64,000 nt of DNA, taken from the NCBI GenBank assembly GCA_965603825.1, contig CBFDEM010000037.1, positions 310,001 to 374,000 of the forward strand, written 5' to 3'. The translations under genes and the position numbers were made by a program. The notes under the pieces are model-generated. The model made no database searches. It saw nothing but the letters and a program-made list of their open reading frames with translations, and had not been told where the DNA came from. This stretch comes from Blepharisma stoltei ATCC 30299. Taxonomy: Eukaryota; Protista; Ciliophora. This document shows, piece by piece, positions 40,046 to 51,514 of this stretch. Within the stretch, counting starts at the first letter, position 1; every line of letters starts with the position of its first letter.

Positions 40046-41971
40046 ATGTCTAATCCAGAAGTTGAAGAAATAAACTCAGCGAGCAATCTGTTAAATGAAG
40101 AAGCTAAAGAAATTGCAAATAGCGAGAACTTTGAAAACAATATTCAGCCTTCTGAAGAATTAAGCCATGAATTACAAACTGAAGTTAATCGCCCTGTTGC
40201 AGTCTCAAATATTCCAGAAAAAACTGACGAAGTATCTAATGAAATCGAAATTGAAGAAAAACTATCGAAAACTGATGAGATTGTGCAAGAGATAAAAGAG
40301 GTTGAAGAAATTTTGCCGTTAAATCAAGAAAATGATAGCCTGCAAGATCAAAACGAGAAAATAGACGGTCTATCAAATCAAGACATAAATCAAGATATAA
40401 GAAATTTGAGAGAAGAAGAAAGAATTCAAGCAACTGGAGAAGTCTTTGAAGAAGAAAGCAAAGGAATAAAAGAAAACGAAGAGCAAAAATACGATAATTC
40501 TTCAGTTGGAGCAGAAATAGACATCAATGAAATTAATTCAAATATGAAAGCAGCTCATCCAGAAGAAGGATCATATCCTACTTATGAAAGTATGCCAACA
40601 ACAGCTGGAGCTGAAATAAGCTCATTAAATAAAGATTCAATAAATCAGTCTATTGAAGAAAATAGTGGCTTAAGAGAAATTGGCCAGGAGGATATAAGCA
40701 TATCTCCTTCTGAAGAAGAGATTTCTTTAATAGATGGAATCGAGCAGAAAGAAGATTTTCGAGAAATAAATTCAAAAAATAAAGACCAGGAGTCAACATA
40801 TACATATTTTAATGAAGCAAATCAGCCAGATCCATTAGTCAGCCAGCCAGAAGCAGCATCATATTTGAATGAAAGCGAACATCAGCAAGATCTCATCCCA
40901 GAAGGAAAAGAAGATGAGCATCATCCAGCTGAAATAAATCTCTTAAATAAGGATCAAACAGATTCAATCCAAGAATCAGAGAGCATGCTGGATATCCCAC
41001 GAAAAAGTGAAAGCTGCTATATCTCAGGCAGAAACGAAGATTGCAGTCCGGAGCTTGCTCCAGAGCAAACAGAATCCAATGATTCAAAAGAAATTATTGA
41101 CTCAAGAGAAAACACATTTTGCTATATGTCAGTCCGAGATGAAAACTCCATAAGTCATGATAACCTTGATGAAATCATTTCGCAGTCAATGATAATTCAC
41201 AATGAAGCTGATTTATCAATGAAGCAGCCAAGCAGATCATCCAAACAGCCAAACCGTGCCAAAACAAACCTAATTTCCCCTAAATACTCCAACAAAAGAA
41301 TAAACCAAAGCTTCAGGAATCCATTAGAAGATGAACCGGCCCATCCCAAAAAGAAAGCTGTAAACGCTGCAGAGGCCATTGCAATTGGCCAATCTTTATA
41401 CAACAAAGGCAAAGAATTTTTATCCAACAGAGAAACCAAGCTTGAAAAAATTTTCACTGACACCCATTCTTTTAAGCCAACTATTAACTCAAAATCAGCA
41501 AAGCTGGTAGGAGGGATTCACAAAGAGAAAAATGAGCTGTATAGTGATAAAATTAAAAGGCCTAAATATGTGCCTGAAGAAGAGCACAAAAAAGAAAAAA
41601 AAAAACTGAAACTTAAGGATTTCCTTGATAGGAATTATGCTAAACCCTTGGAGCATGTAAAAGAGAAGAAAATTGTTGTACCGAAAGAAGAAGTAGATGA
41701 AGAATGCACGTTTGCGCCAAAAATTGATGGGAAGTCAAAAACAATTGGAAGCATGCACAGGAATCTTTATGATTTGGCTGCAGAAAAGAAAAGCAAGATG
41801 GATCAAAAAATACAAGAAGCGAAGATGCAGAAGGAAAAGGAGGAACTTAAGGAGTGCACTTTTCAGCCAACAGTTTTTAAGCAGATTGACACAATGAAAT
41901 CTCCGAAAAATAAGTTTGTGTCTCATTCAATATTTTCAAATCAAGATTCGTTTCTCAATACAATTGGATAA
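40046..41971 (+). CDS. Hypothetical protein: acidic low-complexity N-terminal half, basic C-terminal half with (EC)TFxP motifs
   Basis: 641 aa ORF; HSFKPTIN, ECTFAPKID, ECTFQPTV. Confidence 0.8.
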   Translation: MSNPEVEEINSASNLLNEEAKEIANSENFENNIQPSEELSHELQTEVNRPVAVSNIPEKTDEVSNEIEIEEKLSKTDEIVQEIKEVEEILPLNQENDSLQDQNEKIDGLSNQDINQDIRNLREEERIQATGEVFEEESKGIKENEEQKYDNSSVGAEIDINEINSNMKAAHPEEGSYPTYESMPTTAGAEISSLNKDSINQSIEENSGLREIGQEDISISPSEEEISLIDGIEQKEDFREINSKNKDQESTYTYFNEANQPDPLVSQPEAASYLNESEHQQDLIPEGKEDEHHPAEINLLNKDQTDSIQESESMLDIPRKSESCYISGRNEDCSPELAPEQTESNDSKEIIDSRENTFCYMSVRDENSISHDNLDEIISQSMIIHNEADLSMKQPSRSSKQPNRAKTNLISPKYSNKRINQSFRNPLEDEPAHPKKKAVNAAEAIAIGQSLYNKGKEFLSNRETKLEKIFTDTHSFKPTINSKSAKLVGGIHKEKNELYSDKIKRPKYVPEEEHKKEKKKLKLKDFLDRNYAKPLEHVKEKKIVVPKEEVDEECTFAPKIDGKSKTIGSMHRNLYDLAAEKKSKMDQKIQEAKMQKEKEELKECTFQPTVFKQIDTMKSPKNKFVSHSIFSNQDSFLNTIG

Positions 41972-42122
41972 GTCTTATTAAATTGATTTTGCATTATTTA
42001 TATGTTTTATATTAAAATTGCAGATGATATTAAAACTGTATCCCCTAGAATTAAATTCTCTTCTACACAATCCTACCATTATATTCTTAGCGAATCTATA
42101 ATTCATAATAAGGAACACCACA

Positions 42123-44354
42123 ATGGCGAATGCAGTCAGAGAAGGTATGAGATCGATCAACGAAAATCTCGTCAAAAACCTATTCACCTATTTGGAGACA
42201 GGTGTTTTTGCCAACAAAACAAACGACGCTTATGTAAGAGCTTATGGGCTAGTTCTTGAGCTGGCAGACCAAGATGACAATGGGAAAGTGCTTTATGATG
42301 AGTATATCAAGACAATTAAAGAATATACTGTAAAAGTTGTGAAGACTGAGCTCTCGCACTTAAAAGGAGAACCCTTGCTCACCAAGCTAGCTTGAAGATG
42401 GGAAAATCATAAAATCCTGGTCTATTGGATGAGAAAAATCTTCATGTACCTTGACAGGTATCACGTAAAAAACACCCAAGCAGTTCCCCTTTTCCAAGCT
42501 GGGCTCAATATTTTCAAATCAGATGTCTTCGACGTCATTTCAGAACAAATCAGAATTGCACTTGTCTTACAAATCCACAGCGAAAGAGAAGGTATTGCCA
42601 TTGACCGCAATCGTGTCAGAGAATGCTTGGTCTGCTTTGCTCAGATGGGCCTGACGGACTCAGAAATTGTCAAAACTCACGATAAAGCTGACGATAGAGA
42701 TAGACTGCTGTGGAAAGGCAACCCAAAGCTTGAACTTTACGAAAGGATTTTTGAAAGCCCATTTTTGGAAGACACCAAACTTTACTATGCCTCAAAATCG
42801 GCAGGCTGGATGTCAAGTCTCTCATGTCCTGAATACTTAAGAGAAGCAAAAAAAGTGCTGGAAGAAGAAGAGGAGAGGGCTGACAGATATCTTGAGCCTA
42901 CAACAAAGCCGAAACTCCTAGGCATCATTGTGGAAGAAATAATTGTGAGAAACGCCCAAAGCTTGTCAGAAATGCCTGGAACGGGATGCGTGGATATGTT
43001 TCAGCATGATAAAAGGGATGAGCTGAAAATGATGTTCGCCATTTTCAAAAGGTCAGAAAACACGCTGCAGCATATTACGTCAAAAATGGGGCCTTATATA
43101 GAAAAAAGAGGATCTGCTATTGTTTCGGATCAGCAGCTACAACAAGACGCAATTGAATATACAAAAGCACTGCTGCAGTTCAAAAACGAAATCGATACAT
43201 TGGTAGAATATTCATTCGATAACCATTCACTGTTCCAAAGATGTAGAGATATGGCTTTTCAGAACTTTATGAACAAATGCGCCTTTTCTGCACCTTATAT
43301 TGCTTCCTACTGCGACAATGAAATGAGAAGAGGTCTTAAAGGAGTCTCTGAAGTAGAAACTGAGAGAAGACTTGACGCATTGATTAAGCTTTTTGTATGT
43401 CTTCACGATCGAGATGTGTTTATTAGGAACTATACGAGATATCTAGCTAAGAGGCTGCTAGATGGGACAAGTATAAGCAATGATGCTGAACAAACAATGA
43501 TAGCCAAGCTTAAGGTAGAATGCGGCAACAACATTGTGAGCAAGATTTCGAATATGTACCAGGATATTGCATTGTCTGAAACCGTTATGAATGAGTTCAA
43601 GACTCAGCGTCACAAAGGCCAGCCTGATGGCATTCAGCTTTCAGTACAAGTATTAAGAAGCGGCTGTTGGCCTGAACAATCATCTGAAGCTTGCACTTTG
43701 CCTCAAGAAGTCCAAGGCTGCACCAGAAAGTTCACTGAATTTTATATGAATAAGCACCAAGGACGTAACCTTACTTGGCTTCTTGGGTTTGGAAATCTTG
43801 AAATGGGTACTTTGTTCTCTAAAAAGAACTATACTTGTATCGTCAACCCTTACCAAGCAGCCATTCTTCTTATGTTCAACCACGGAAACGGATATACAGT
43901 CCAGCAGTTCAGAGAAGCAACAAGACTCAGCGATAACACCCTCAAAGCCCACTTAATTATGTTCTTCAACCCTAAGATGAAACTCCTGAATAAAGAAAGC
44001 AAAGGGAAAACCTTAGATGACGAAGACTTAATTACAATTAACGAAGACTTCCAGTCCCAAACTTTAAGAGTCAACTATATCCCGAAAAAAGTCAAGAAGA
44101 CCGAATCAAGCGCCAAAGAAGATGAAATAGCTATAACTGCAGAAAGAAAAAATATTCTGGACTCTGTTATCGTGAGAATTGCGAAGGCTAGAAGAGTAAT
44201 TAAGCATCAAGAATTAGTAACTGAAGTAATCAGGCAGGTGAACCACTTCAGACCTCAGCCTCAGATGATTAAGACTCAAATAGAAAGCTTAATTCAAAGA
44301 GAATTCTTGGCTAGGGATGAAAATGATAGGTCGATCTATAACTATATCCCATAA
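42123..44354 (+). CDS. Cullin (E3 ligase scaffold), conserved copy
   Basis: WENHK..W...IFMYLDR; DRDVF..Y...LAKRLL; MIAKLKVECG; neddylation region IVRIAKARR; IESLIQREFLARD; one TGA at 42393. Confidence 0.95.
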
Positions 44355-44392
44355 TCTAAACTTATCTTCAATTTAATTAGATTTTCATATAT

Positions 44393-45025
44393 TTATCTAG
44401 ATGAATTAGTTGACAGAGATGCAGTGAAATTAAGCAAAAATGAAGAATTTTGAATTTTTGATGCTTCGAAATTTGAATTTTTTTCCCGCATTTGAGTGGA
44501 AATTATGGTACTACTAGACAGTTTTTTGGAGGTTTTTTTATGTGAGTATGCAGATTTAAGCGCTTTTAATTCATCAGAAATTGATTCATAACTAGAGGTC
44601 ATTTCTTCAATTTCTATATCTTTTAATATAATAGCATTTTGTAAACGGAGTTTGTCAACAGAAGCTATGTCCTTTGCCGACTTCAAATCTTCAACTAAAT
44701 TACTATATTTGATTAGCTCATTTATTAAATAGTTCTGATAAGTCTCATTTTTATACCTTGCGGCGTGCTTTTTAATGAGTTTGGTTTGTTCATCAATTGC
44801 AATTGTGCGCTTGATATTTGCCCTCTCTATTTTTAAAGCATATATATCCATCTTAATTTGTTTATGTTCAAGGTTTATATTGAAAATTTCGTCATTCACT
44901 AAGCTGATGCGATCTTCTATTAATTCTCTAATTTATAATTACTCGTTAAACTCTTCATTTTCAACTGACATCAGCAACTCTTCTATTCAAGCATCTTCCA
45001 GTAAACTCTTGAAAGATTCTGACAT
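44393..45025 (-). CDS. Hypothetical coiled-coil protein
   Basis: ATG 45025, one TGA and intron 44928-44942 connect to the track ORF 44393-44899. Confidence 0.7.
44928..44942 (-). other. 15-nt spliceosomal intron
   Basis: GTAATTATAAATTAG with A10; removes an in-frame TAA. Confidence 0.8.
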
Positions 45026-45346
45026 TTATTAATAATCATATTATTAATTTGATGAATAATAAGAAGAGTTGGGCTAATAATTATTCTATATATGTGCTGG
45101 CATTTATAAATATACTCAAATATTGCTTCAAAGTTTTGCTGATTATTTATATATTGCTGCTCGCTTATGAAAGCAGGTATTTAGAAAAAAGTTAATCTTA
45201 GTAATAATTAATGATATAGTAAATAAATATAATAAGCTAATATAATAATTAAAAAGTAATTACATAATAATTCATCTATGCATTCTTTAAATTTCATATT
45301 ATATTTCCGTTATGAATTTAAGAAAAAAATTATGATAGATTATAGC

Positions 45347-45691
45347 CTATCCAATCTGGCTACTAAATACCAGTCCAATTCCACAAACACTACAGGATAT
45401 ATCTTCTTTAATGTTTTTATTTGAAGGTATCCTAAACGTGCTCTTTCTTTTTGTTGGCCCAGCTTGTCCACCTATTTTGAACGCTTTCAAGTTTCCAGTA
45501 TCTCCAATATTAGCATATCCATTTGTTTGATAATTGCCTTGCATACTCTCTTTCTTCTCACAACATGCAATTGCAAAACACAAAGCTGCAAAAATTACCA
45601 TGAGTAAGTTGAATGCAATGATGCACATGTCATAAATGCTAATTTCGATCCCCCATAGCCTGTGAGTTAGCTCCCAAATTTCTGGTTTCAT
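45347..45691 (-). CDS. Small single-pass membrane protein
   Basis: 114 aa ATG-TAG ORF; one TM segment followed by CC and basic residues; lone CxxC near the end. Confidence 0.6.
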   Translation of the reverse strand: MKPEIWELTHRLWGIEISIYDMCIIAFNLLMVIFAALCFAIACCEKKESMQGNYQTNGYANIGDTGNLKAFKIGGQAGPTKRKSTFRIPSNKNIKEDISCSVCGIGLVFSSQIG

Positions 45692-45981
45692 AATATTACA
45701 AAATTAAAAAACAAAAATTTAATTGCCTTATATTATTGTAAACTGCGAAAATAAAAACTAAATATTTATTTTGGAGTCAAATAGTGTTAAACTAAGAAAT
45801 TAAATATAAAAGGCAATTAAAGTGCGTAAATAGATTTGCTTTAAAAATTCTAAACTTATTTTGCGTTTACTGCAATAAAAAGGAGTCAAAATCTTATGGC
45901 CCTATGCAAATTAATTCAGTTCTATTATATAATCGATCATATCAGTTATTAAAGAGGCTGATTTGAGTATCCTTGGAGTGG

Positions 45982-46707
45982 CTAGTTTAGATTTCCTTGA
46001 GGATTAACTTGATTTAAGGTGAATACTTGAGCTGGACGTTGTGGCTGATTCAGTAATGACTGTTGTGGTGCTTCTGATTGGCTTGGAGGCTGATATTGAG
46101 GCCCAATTTGATATCCCGCAACTTGGAATGGGTTTACTCCAGTCGGAATTATTCCTGCTTGTGGTTGCATGCGATTATCATAGAAGTCCAACCAATAGCA
46201 GGAGTTTCCAGCTACAACTCTAACACCTGCATTTCAAAGTACTTCATCCGAAAGAGATCCAAGCGTTCTATTCATTAAATTCATATGCTTATCCATCCTC
46301 GTTACGTATTGAGCTGCTCCCAGTCTCATTCCCAAAATGCAGACTACAACAACTGTGACATTTCCAAAGAAAATCCCAACGTCTAATGTGATTAAGCCGA
46401 TCAAAAGATCAATGACTCCCCAAAAAAAATAAATTGCCAAAATAATTCTGATAATCGTAAGCTTGAACATTGCGGACCGAATCGTACCATTTGCGACATT
46501 GATCACTGAAGCGTAAGCGTTGTTGATTCTTGCTGTCAAAGGCGAGGTCTGATCTGGGAAACCTTTGTACTCTGCTTTGAAATGTGTGATCTCAAGAGGA
46601 GCTATTAAGTGCCCCATGCTGCTGGCTGGGCACAGAGGTTCATATGGAGGAAGCCAGAACTGGTACCAGGGATTTTGCTTCACAGGAGACACAAATTGGT
46701 TCGCCAT
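45982..46707 (-). CDS. Hypothetical 2-TM membrane protein with Q/P-rich tail (~241 aa)
   Basis: First ATG at 46707 (MANQFVSP); same-frame ORFs joined by TGA at 46234; TAG stop. Confidence 0.78.
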
Positions 46708-46737
46708 CTTAGTTATTATTGAATATTGGTTTAAGAT

Positions 46738-47727
46738 ATGGGCAACTGTGAATGCAGTCCTAAAGCTGCAAAATCTAAGCAAAGTTTGAATAGTTCACCG
46801 ATTTTAAACGAGCAGAGCGTTCATATCCCTCAAATGCATCCTAAAGTCCATGCGCTAGCAGAAAAAGTATTTAAAGAGCAAATGAGCTCTGTGGCAAATA
46901 TAGATCTAGCTGATAAAAGTTTAGGAGAGGAATGCGGAAAATACTTGGCCGCAATACTTCCCTATTATTCACATGCAAGTGAACTTAATTTGGATAATTG
47001 CCAACTGCTTGAAGGGTCATGCGAAGTTATTGCTACGTCTTTAATAGATATGATTAGCTTAAAAGAGTTGAATTTGAGTAGGAACAGAATTGGAGATAAG
47101 GCAGCTGATATACTGAGTTTAAGCTTGAGCAAACTTACAAAGCTGGAAAAACTTATGCTAGAAAATATTGGTATTGGTACAGAAAGTGTTATTTTAATTT
47201 CGACAAGTTTGCTAACACTGATCAATTTAAAAGAATTAAACTTGAGCCAAAATCGGCTTGGAAACCAAGGTGCAAGAGCATTGGCTAATACTTTTTCATA
47301 TATTCCGAAGCTAGAACTCCTCGATATTCATAATACAGAAATCGGAGCTAAAGGAGCAGCATTTATTGGATTTGAAATTTACAAGCTGACTAAGCTGAAA
47401 GTCCTAAATATAGGTGAAAATAAGCTGTTCTCTTCTGGAATTTCGGCTATTATCTCAAGCCTCCCCAAGTCTATCCAAATTCTAAATTTCGAACAGACTG
47501 GCTTGGATAGCCACTGTTTATCAGAAAGCTGTGAATATCTTTCAAGGCTTTCTTCTCTAACAGATCTTTATTTAGATAGAAACAACATAAGTAGCGAAGG
47601 ATCAGCCTCGATCATAAGAATCCTTTCATCACTGAACTTAAAATACCTTGGCCTTTTGGGCTGCGATGTCAGTCAGCAACGCCAAGAAATCACGCTTGCA
47701 AGCATGTCCACAGAAATTTACTTATAG
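46738..47727 (+). CDS. RI-like leucine-rich-repeat protein with N-terminal MGNCEC acylation motif
   Basis: ~28-residue LxxLNLSxNxIGxxGA repeats; Gly2 plus Cys4 and Cys6. Confidence 0.88.
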   Translation: MGNCECSPKAAKSKQSLNSSPILNEQSVHIPQMHPKVHALAEKVFKEQMSSVANIDLADKSLGEECGKYLAAILPYYSHASELNLDNCQLLEGSCEVIATSLIDMISLKELNLSRNRIGDKAADILSLSLSKLTKLEKLMLENIGIGTESVILISTSLLTLINLKELNLSQNRLGNQGARALANTFSYIPKLELLDIHNTEIGAKGAAFIGFEIYKLTKLKVLNIGENKLFSSGISAIISSLPKSIQILNFEQTGLDSHCLSESCEYLSRLSSLTDLYLDRNNISSEGSASIIRILSSLNLKYLGLLGCDVSQQRQEITLASMSTEIYL

Positions 47728-47743
47728 CAGACTAATTATTAGC

Positions 47744-48712
47744 TTATAATGTGCTGATATATAATCCTAATCCAATTAGCAAAAATGAAAATGCTTTTAT
47801 ATCCATATTCTAAATAAATATCACCTGTATTGAGTTCGACTTTCCAAGGTTAAAATAATACTTCAAACAAAAAGAAAAAATCAAATTGAAGCACTGTATA
47901 AGTGAGCCTTCAGCTGCATGAACCAGGCTTACTTGATAATAGCACATGAATGCCCCAGCAGAGACAAAAAATGCAAGCTGTGTGAGGATTTCTGAAATTG
48001 CAGAAAATAAGAAGGCCCTTGAGTATCCTAAATTTACTACATCGTTCATTTCTTTTTTTCGAAGTGGCAAAAAGATAAGAAAGCATATGATAAAAACAGT
48101 GCGTGTGACTGCTGTCATATATAGCTGCATCTCAAATGAGCTTTCTTTATTTGCTTCAATTGATGAAATGGCCAAATCGTAAAATGAGTAGAAAATTTCA
48201 GCAAAAATAGGGTAAATCACATTTGATTGTTTTCAAAATTTTATAGAAAAAGCCCGAAGGAGGTTTCCTTGTGTAGCAGGCAGAAGTCCCCCTATTAATA
48301 ATAAAAGATATGATAAGAGATGCCAATAATTCTCAAGTCAAGCCTCTCCTGTAATTCAACTTTTTATTATAGAGCCAAATAATGTAAACACAGTGCCTGC
48401 CTGAAGCAAAGGCAGTAAAACAGTACTCGGAGTGCTTTCAAATGATTTTAATAGCAATAAATGCGACGCAAAGTAAAATATGCCTGCCAAAATAGAAATA
48501 TTTAATGCTTTTGACATTTCATCTTGATCTGCATCTCATATCAATCATAAACACCCATTTCCAGTGACTGCACATATAAATGCCGAAACAAATAGATTTT
48601 GCACATAATTGAGAGTTCCCTTCTTTTCTTTTCCTACCACAAAATCATAAATCCCATCGCTCAAAGCAAATGATAAGCTTGATATGATAATAAGCTGAAT
48701 TCAATTGCACAT
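47744..48712 (-). CDS. EamA/DMT-like multi-pass transporter
   Basis: Open from ATG 48712 through six TGAs; LLKSFESTPSTVLLPLLQ; final TM exon after intron 47810-47824; TAA at 47744. Confidence 0.75.
47810..47824 (-). other. 15-nt spliceosomal intron
   Basis: GTGATATTTATTTAG with A10; removes a TAG and adds the last TM helix. Confidence 0.78.
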
Positions 48713-49217
48713 TGTTTTAATAAACCAATATTAAATTAATATAGATTTACTACTTCGATGCTTCACTAGTAAAATTATCAAAAAAATCAGCTTATATACT
48801 TTGTAAGAATTTTAAGTAATAATAAATTTGCTTTGGTCTAGCAGACGATTGAGGAAAATCGGAAAATATGAGGTAAAGCTTTAAACTGAGTGTTCTTTTA
48901 TTCTGAATTATCAAATGGCTTACGGGGATCAGGAAAAGCGATTGTACTGGTTGGCTCAGCATGCGTGTGATAGCAGCAACAAAACTGGGAAAAGCTTCCT
49001 TGTGAATCTATGCACCTAGAGGTTAACTCTTGATCTAATTAAATTGAATTAAGATTTTTGATCTCATTTAAGGCTTGAAATTCTTAGCATCATTCTCATT
49101 TTGAATTTGATATTATCATAGTTATTTAAAAGATGCTATAAATGCATTCTCGTTAAATCCCTCAAAACTTTTAAATTAATTACTCCCTCACTTCCGCCTT
49201 TTTGAAATTTATATACA

Positions 49218-50423
49218 ATGTCAGAATTAATTTCAAAACTGATCAAAGAGCAGCAATCACTTACCAACGAATGCAAGCGCGGAATAGAAGCCAATAAACT
49301 TTCTTTATGGAGCTACAAAGCAGAGCTAGGCTCCCTTGAATCTCAATTCAAACGATGCAATCTCATCTTAGAAGAACAAGAAAAATATTATTCAGCTGTT
49401 GTTTCTGAAAGTCGAGCTGCTGCAAAAGAAGCCAGTCTAATAGCAGAATCGTTTAATAAATTCCAGCTTCGCTCCATTCTAGAAATCATAAACCCATGGC
49501 CACTTCTTCAAGATTTAAGCATTGCGATCTGTTTAATGATTGGCTATTCTACAGGTACCTGGTCGACTTTTCGAGTATTTTCTAATTAGAGAGTCATCAA
49601 AGACTGCGAGACTTTTCAAGAAACTCTGCAATCATTTGATCCTCAAAACCTTGAGCCTGAAAGCCTCGATTTTATATTGCAGATTCAGAAAAAACATAAC
49701 CTTTCTCTCATGATTCGTGATGGAAGAATTCCTGATGAAATTGTGGCACTTTCTACGTGAGTTATGAAGGCTTATACCTATACTGTTAAAGATATGGAAG
49801 CACAAGAAATCTGTGAAAAAATGCCAACTTTGGTTAAAGAACAGGCTGAAGTGTATTTGGATATGAAATCAATTAAAGAAGATATAGCAGAAACCGAGGC
49901 TCGGCTTACAAGGCTAATAAGCTGCATTGAATCAGCTGAGGCAAATATTTCACGACTCAAAGAAGTTGATGAAAACTCTCCTCAGGATATAGAAAATGCT
50001 AGTTCTGACTGTAAAAAAATTGATTCTATTGCCAGAAGTAGCATTAATCTTGATCAATTACTTACTAAAATTGTAGTAAATGACGGAGTTAATGCTTATT
50101 GGCAAGAAGAAGATGATAGCCAAAACCCAAGCTTGCTAGTGGAAAGCTTGTTTATTTCTCATAATTTGAGTCCTGATTTAAAAGAAGAGCTTAAATTAAT
50201 TGTAAATCCTACAGATGAAGATGAAGGAAACGTGGACTTAGAAAATGATGTTGTTGATAGAGCGTCACTAATATCAATGCAAGAAGTGACTGCTAGTAAA
50301 AATACTTTCACAGGCAAAAAAACTGATATCGATAACAAAAAGCCATCTAAGAAAAATAATAGAAAAATCAAAGAAGAAAAGATAAAAATACGAAATAAAA
50401 AGAAATGTTGCGGCTTTGTCTAG
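49218..50423 (+). CDS. Coiled-coil protein with dynein stalk/microtubule-binding-domain-like core and polybasic-CCGFV tail (~396 aa)
   Basis: Same-frame ORFs joined by intron 49575-49589 and TGA at 49758; see findings for the alignment. Confidence 0.7.
49575..49589 (+). other. 15-nt spliceosomal intron
   Basis: GTATTTTCTAATTAG with A10; removes an in-frame TAG. Confidence 0.88.
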
Positions 50424-50595
50424 GATAATACTAGAAATTATTTATTATTTACAAATATTAACATAATTAATTTAAGTTTATAAACTCCTCGATGTGGATT
50501 ATTGACACTAAAAAATAAGAATAAAATTGCTGATTAAATGAATAATTAAAGGAATCTACATAAATGATAGAAATATATATATTCAATAAGCGAAA

Positions 50596-51363
50596 ATGGA
50601 TGATATCTGTCTTCCAAACATATCAAGAAAATCAGCAAAATTAAGCCAAAATTCAAGTGTAGTAACAGATGGTGCTTATACAATAAAAACAGCATCAAAG
50701 AGAGTTTCTGTCACTCAAAAAAATGAAGCTCCTCCTCAAGATCCAGAAACTACTCAAAATTTATCTGAATTATGGATAAATTCTGAATCCAAGCCATCTG
50801 AGCATAAGAGATCTATTCAGAATAGCATAAAACCAATAGATAATAGACCAAAAATTCTTAATTACGACATATCTTCAATAATTCCGCCAGAGGAGCATTA
50901 TTCTAGAAATTATGCAATACAAGAAGCCAAAGCAAGATTTATTTTTGAATCAATATATTCTGAAAGCCCAGATATAATTGCTTTTCAGCATATTCAAGAT
51001 GGCTTTGACCAATATTCTTTAATTCAGGGATACCAATCAATATATAAGAATTGAGATGAAGATGGATGTATGATATCTTGAAAAGCTAATAAATATGATC
51101 TCATACAGAGGTTTCATCATAGTGATGCAGGGATTTTTGGGATTATAGGACTTTTAAGGGAAAAATTTGTTTGGACAGAATATATTTTGTTTGCATGTTT
51201 TCAATGCTTTGAAAGTCAAGGCCTTGATATAGCAGATAAATTTTATGAGAGCACCTTGAGAGCTGCAGGAAACTCTCTAAATAAATCGGAGTACAAAAAT
51301 ATCAAAATTATAATAGCTGGAAATTTTGGAATCGTGATGGATAAGGCAGATGCCATATATTAA
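50596..51363 (+). CDS. Degenerate EEP-fold (CCR4/nocturnin-like) protein
   Basis: Reads through two TGAs to TAA at 51361; PDIIAFQHI, DGCMIS(W)K and IIIAGNFG mirror PDIxCLQEV, DGCAIFWK and IICGDFN. Confidence 0.6.
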
Positions 51364-51514
51364 ACTTTATATTATTTATCAGCAGTTTCAATTGCCATTT
51401 GCAAATTATGGAGTATAAAATTTATTTAGGGTTTTTCAATAAATTAATATAAAGTGGATGTTTCTAATTATATGCATATGCTAAAGATCTCTATTATTTA
51501 ATTTAAAAGCATAG

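Noticed and set aside
45230-45400. Possible broken RING-H2 (CSVC followed by an out-of-frame KECIDELL)
   Set aside because: No plausible intron joins the pieces and the His/Cys ligands are missing; likely chance in AT-rich DNA.
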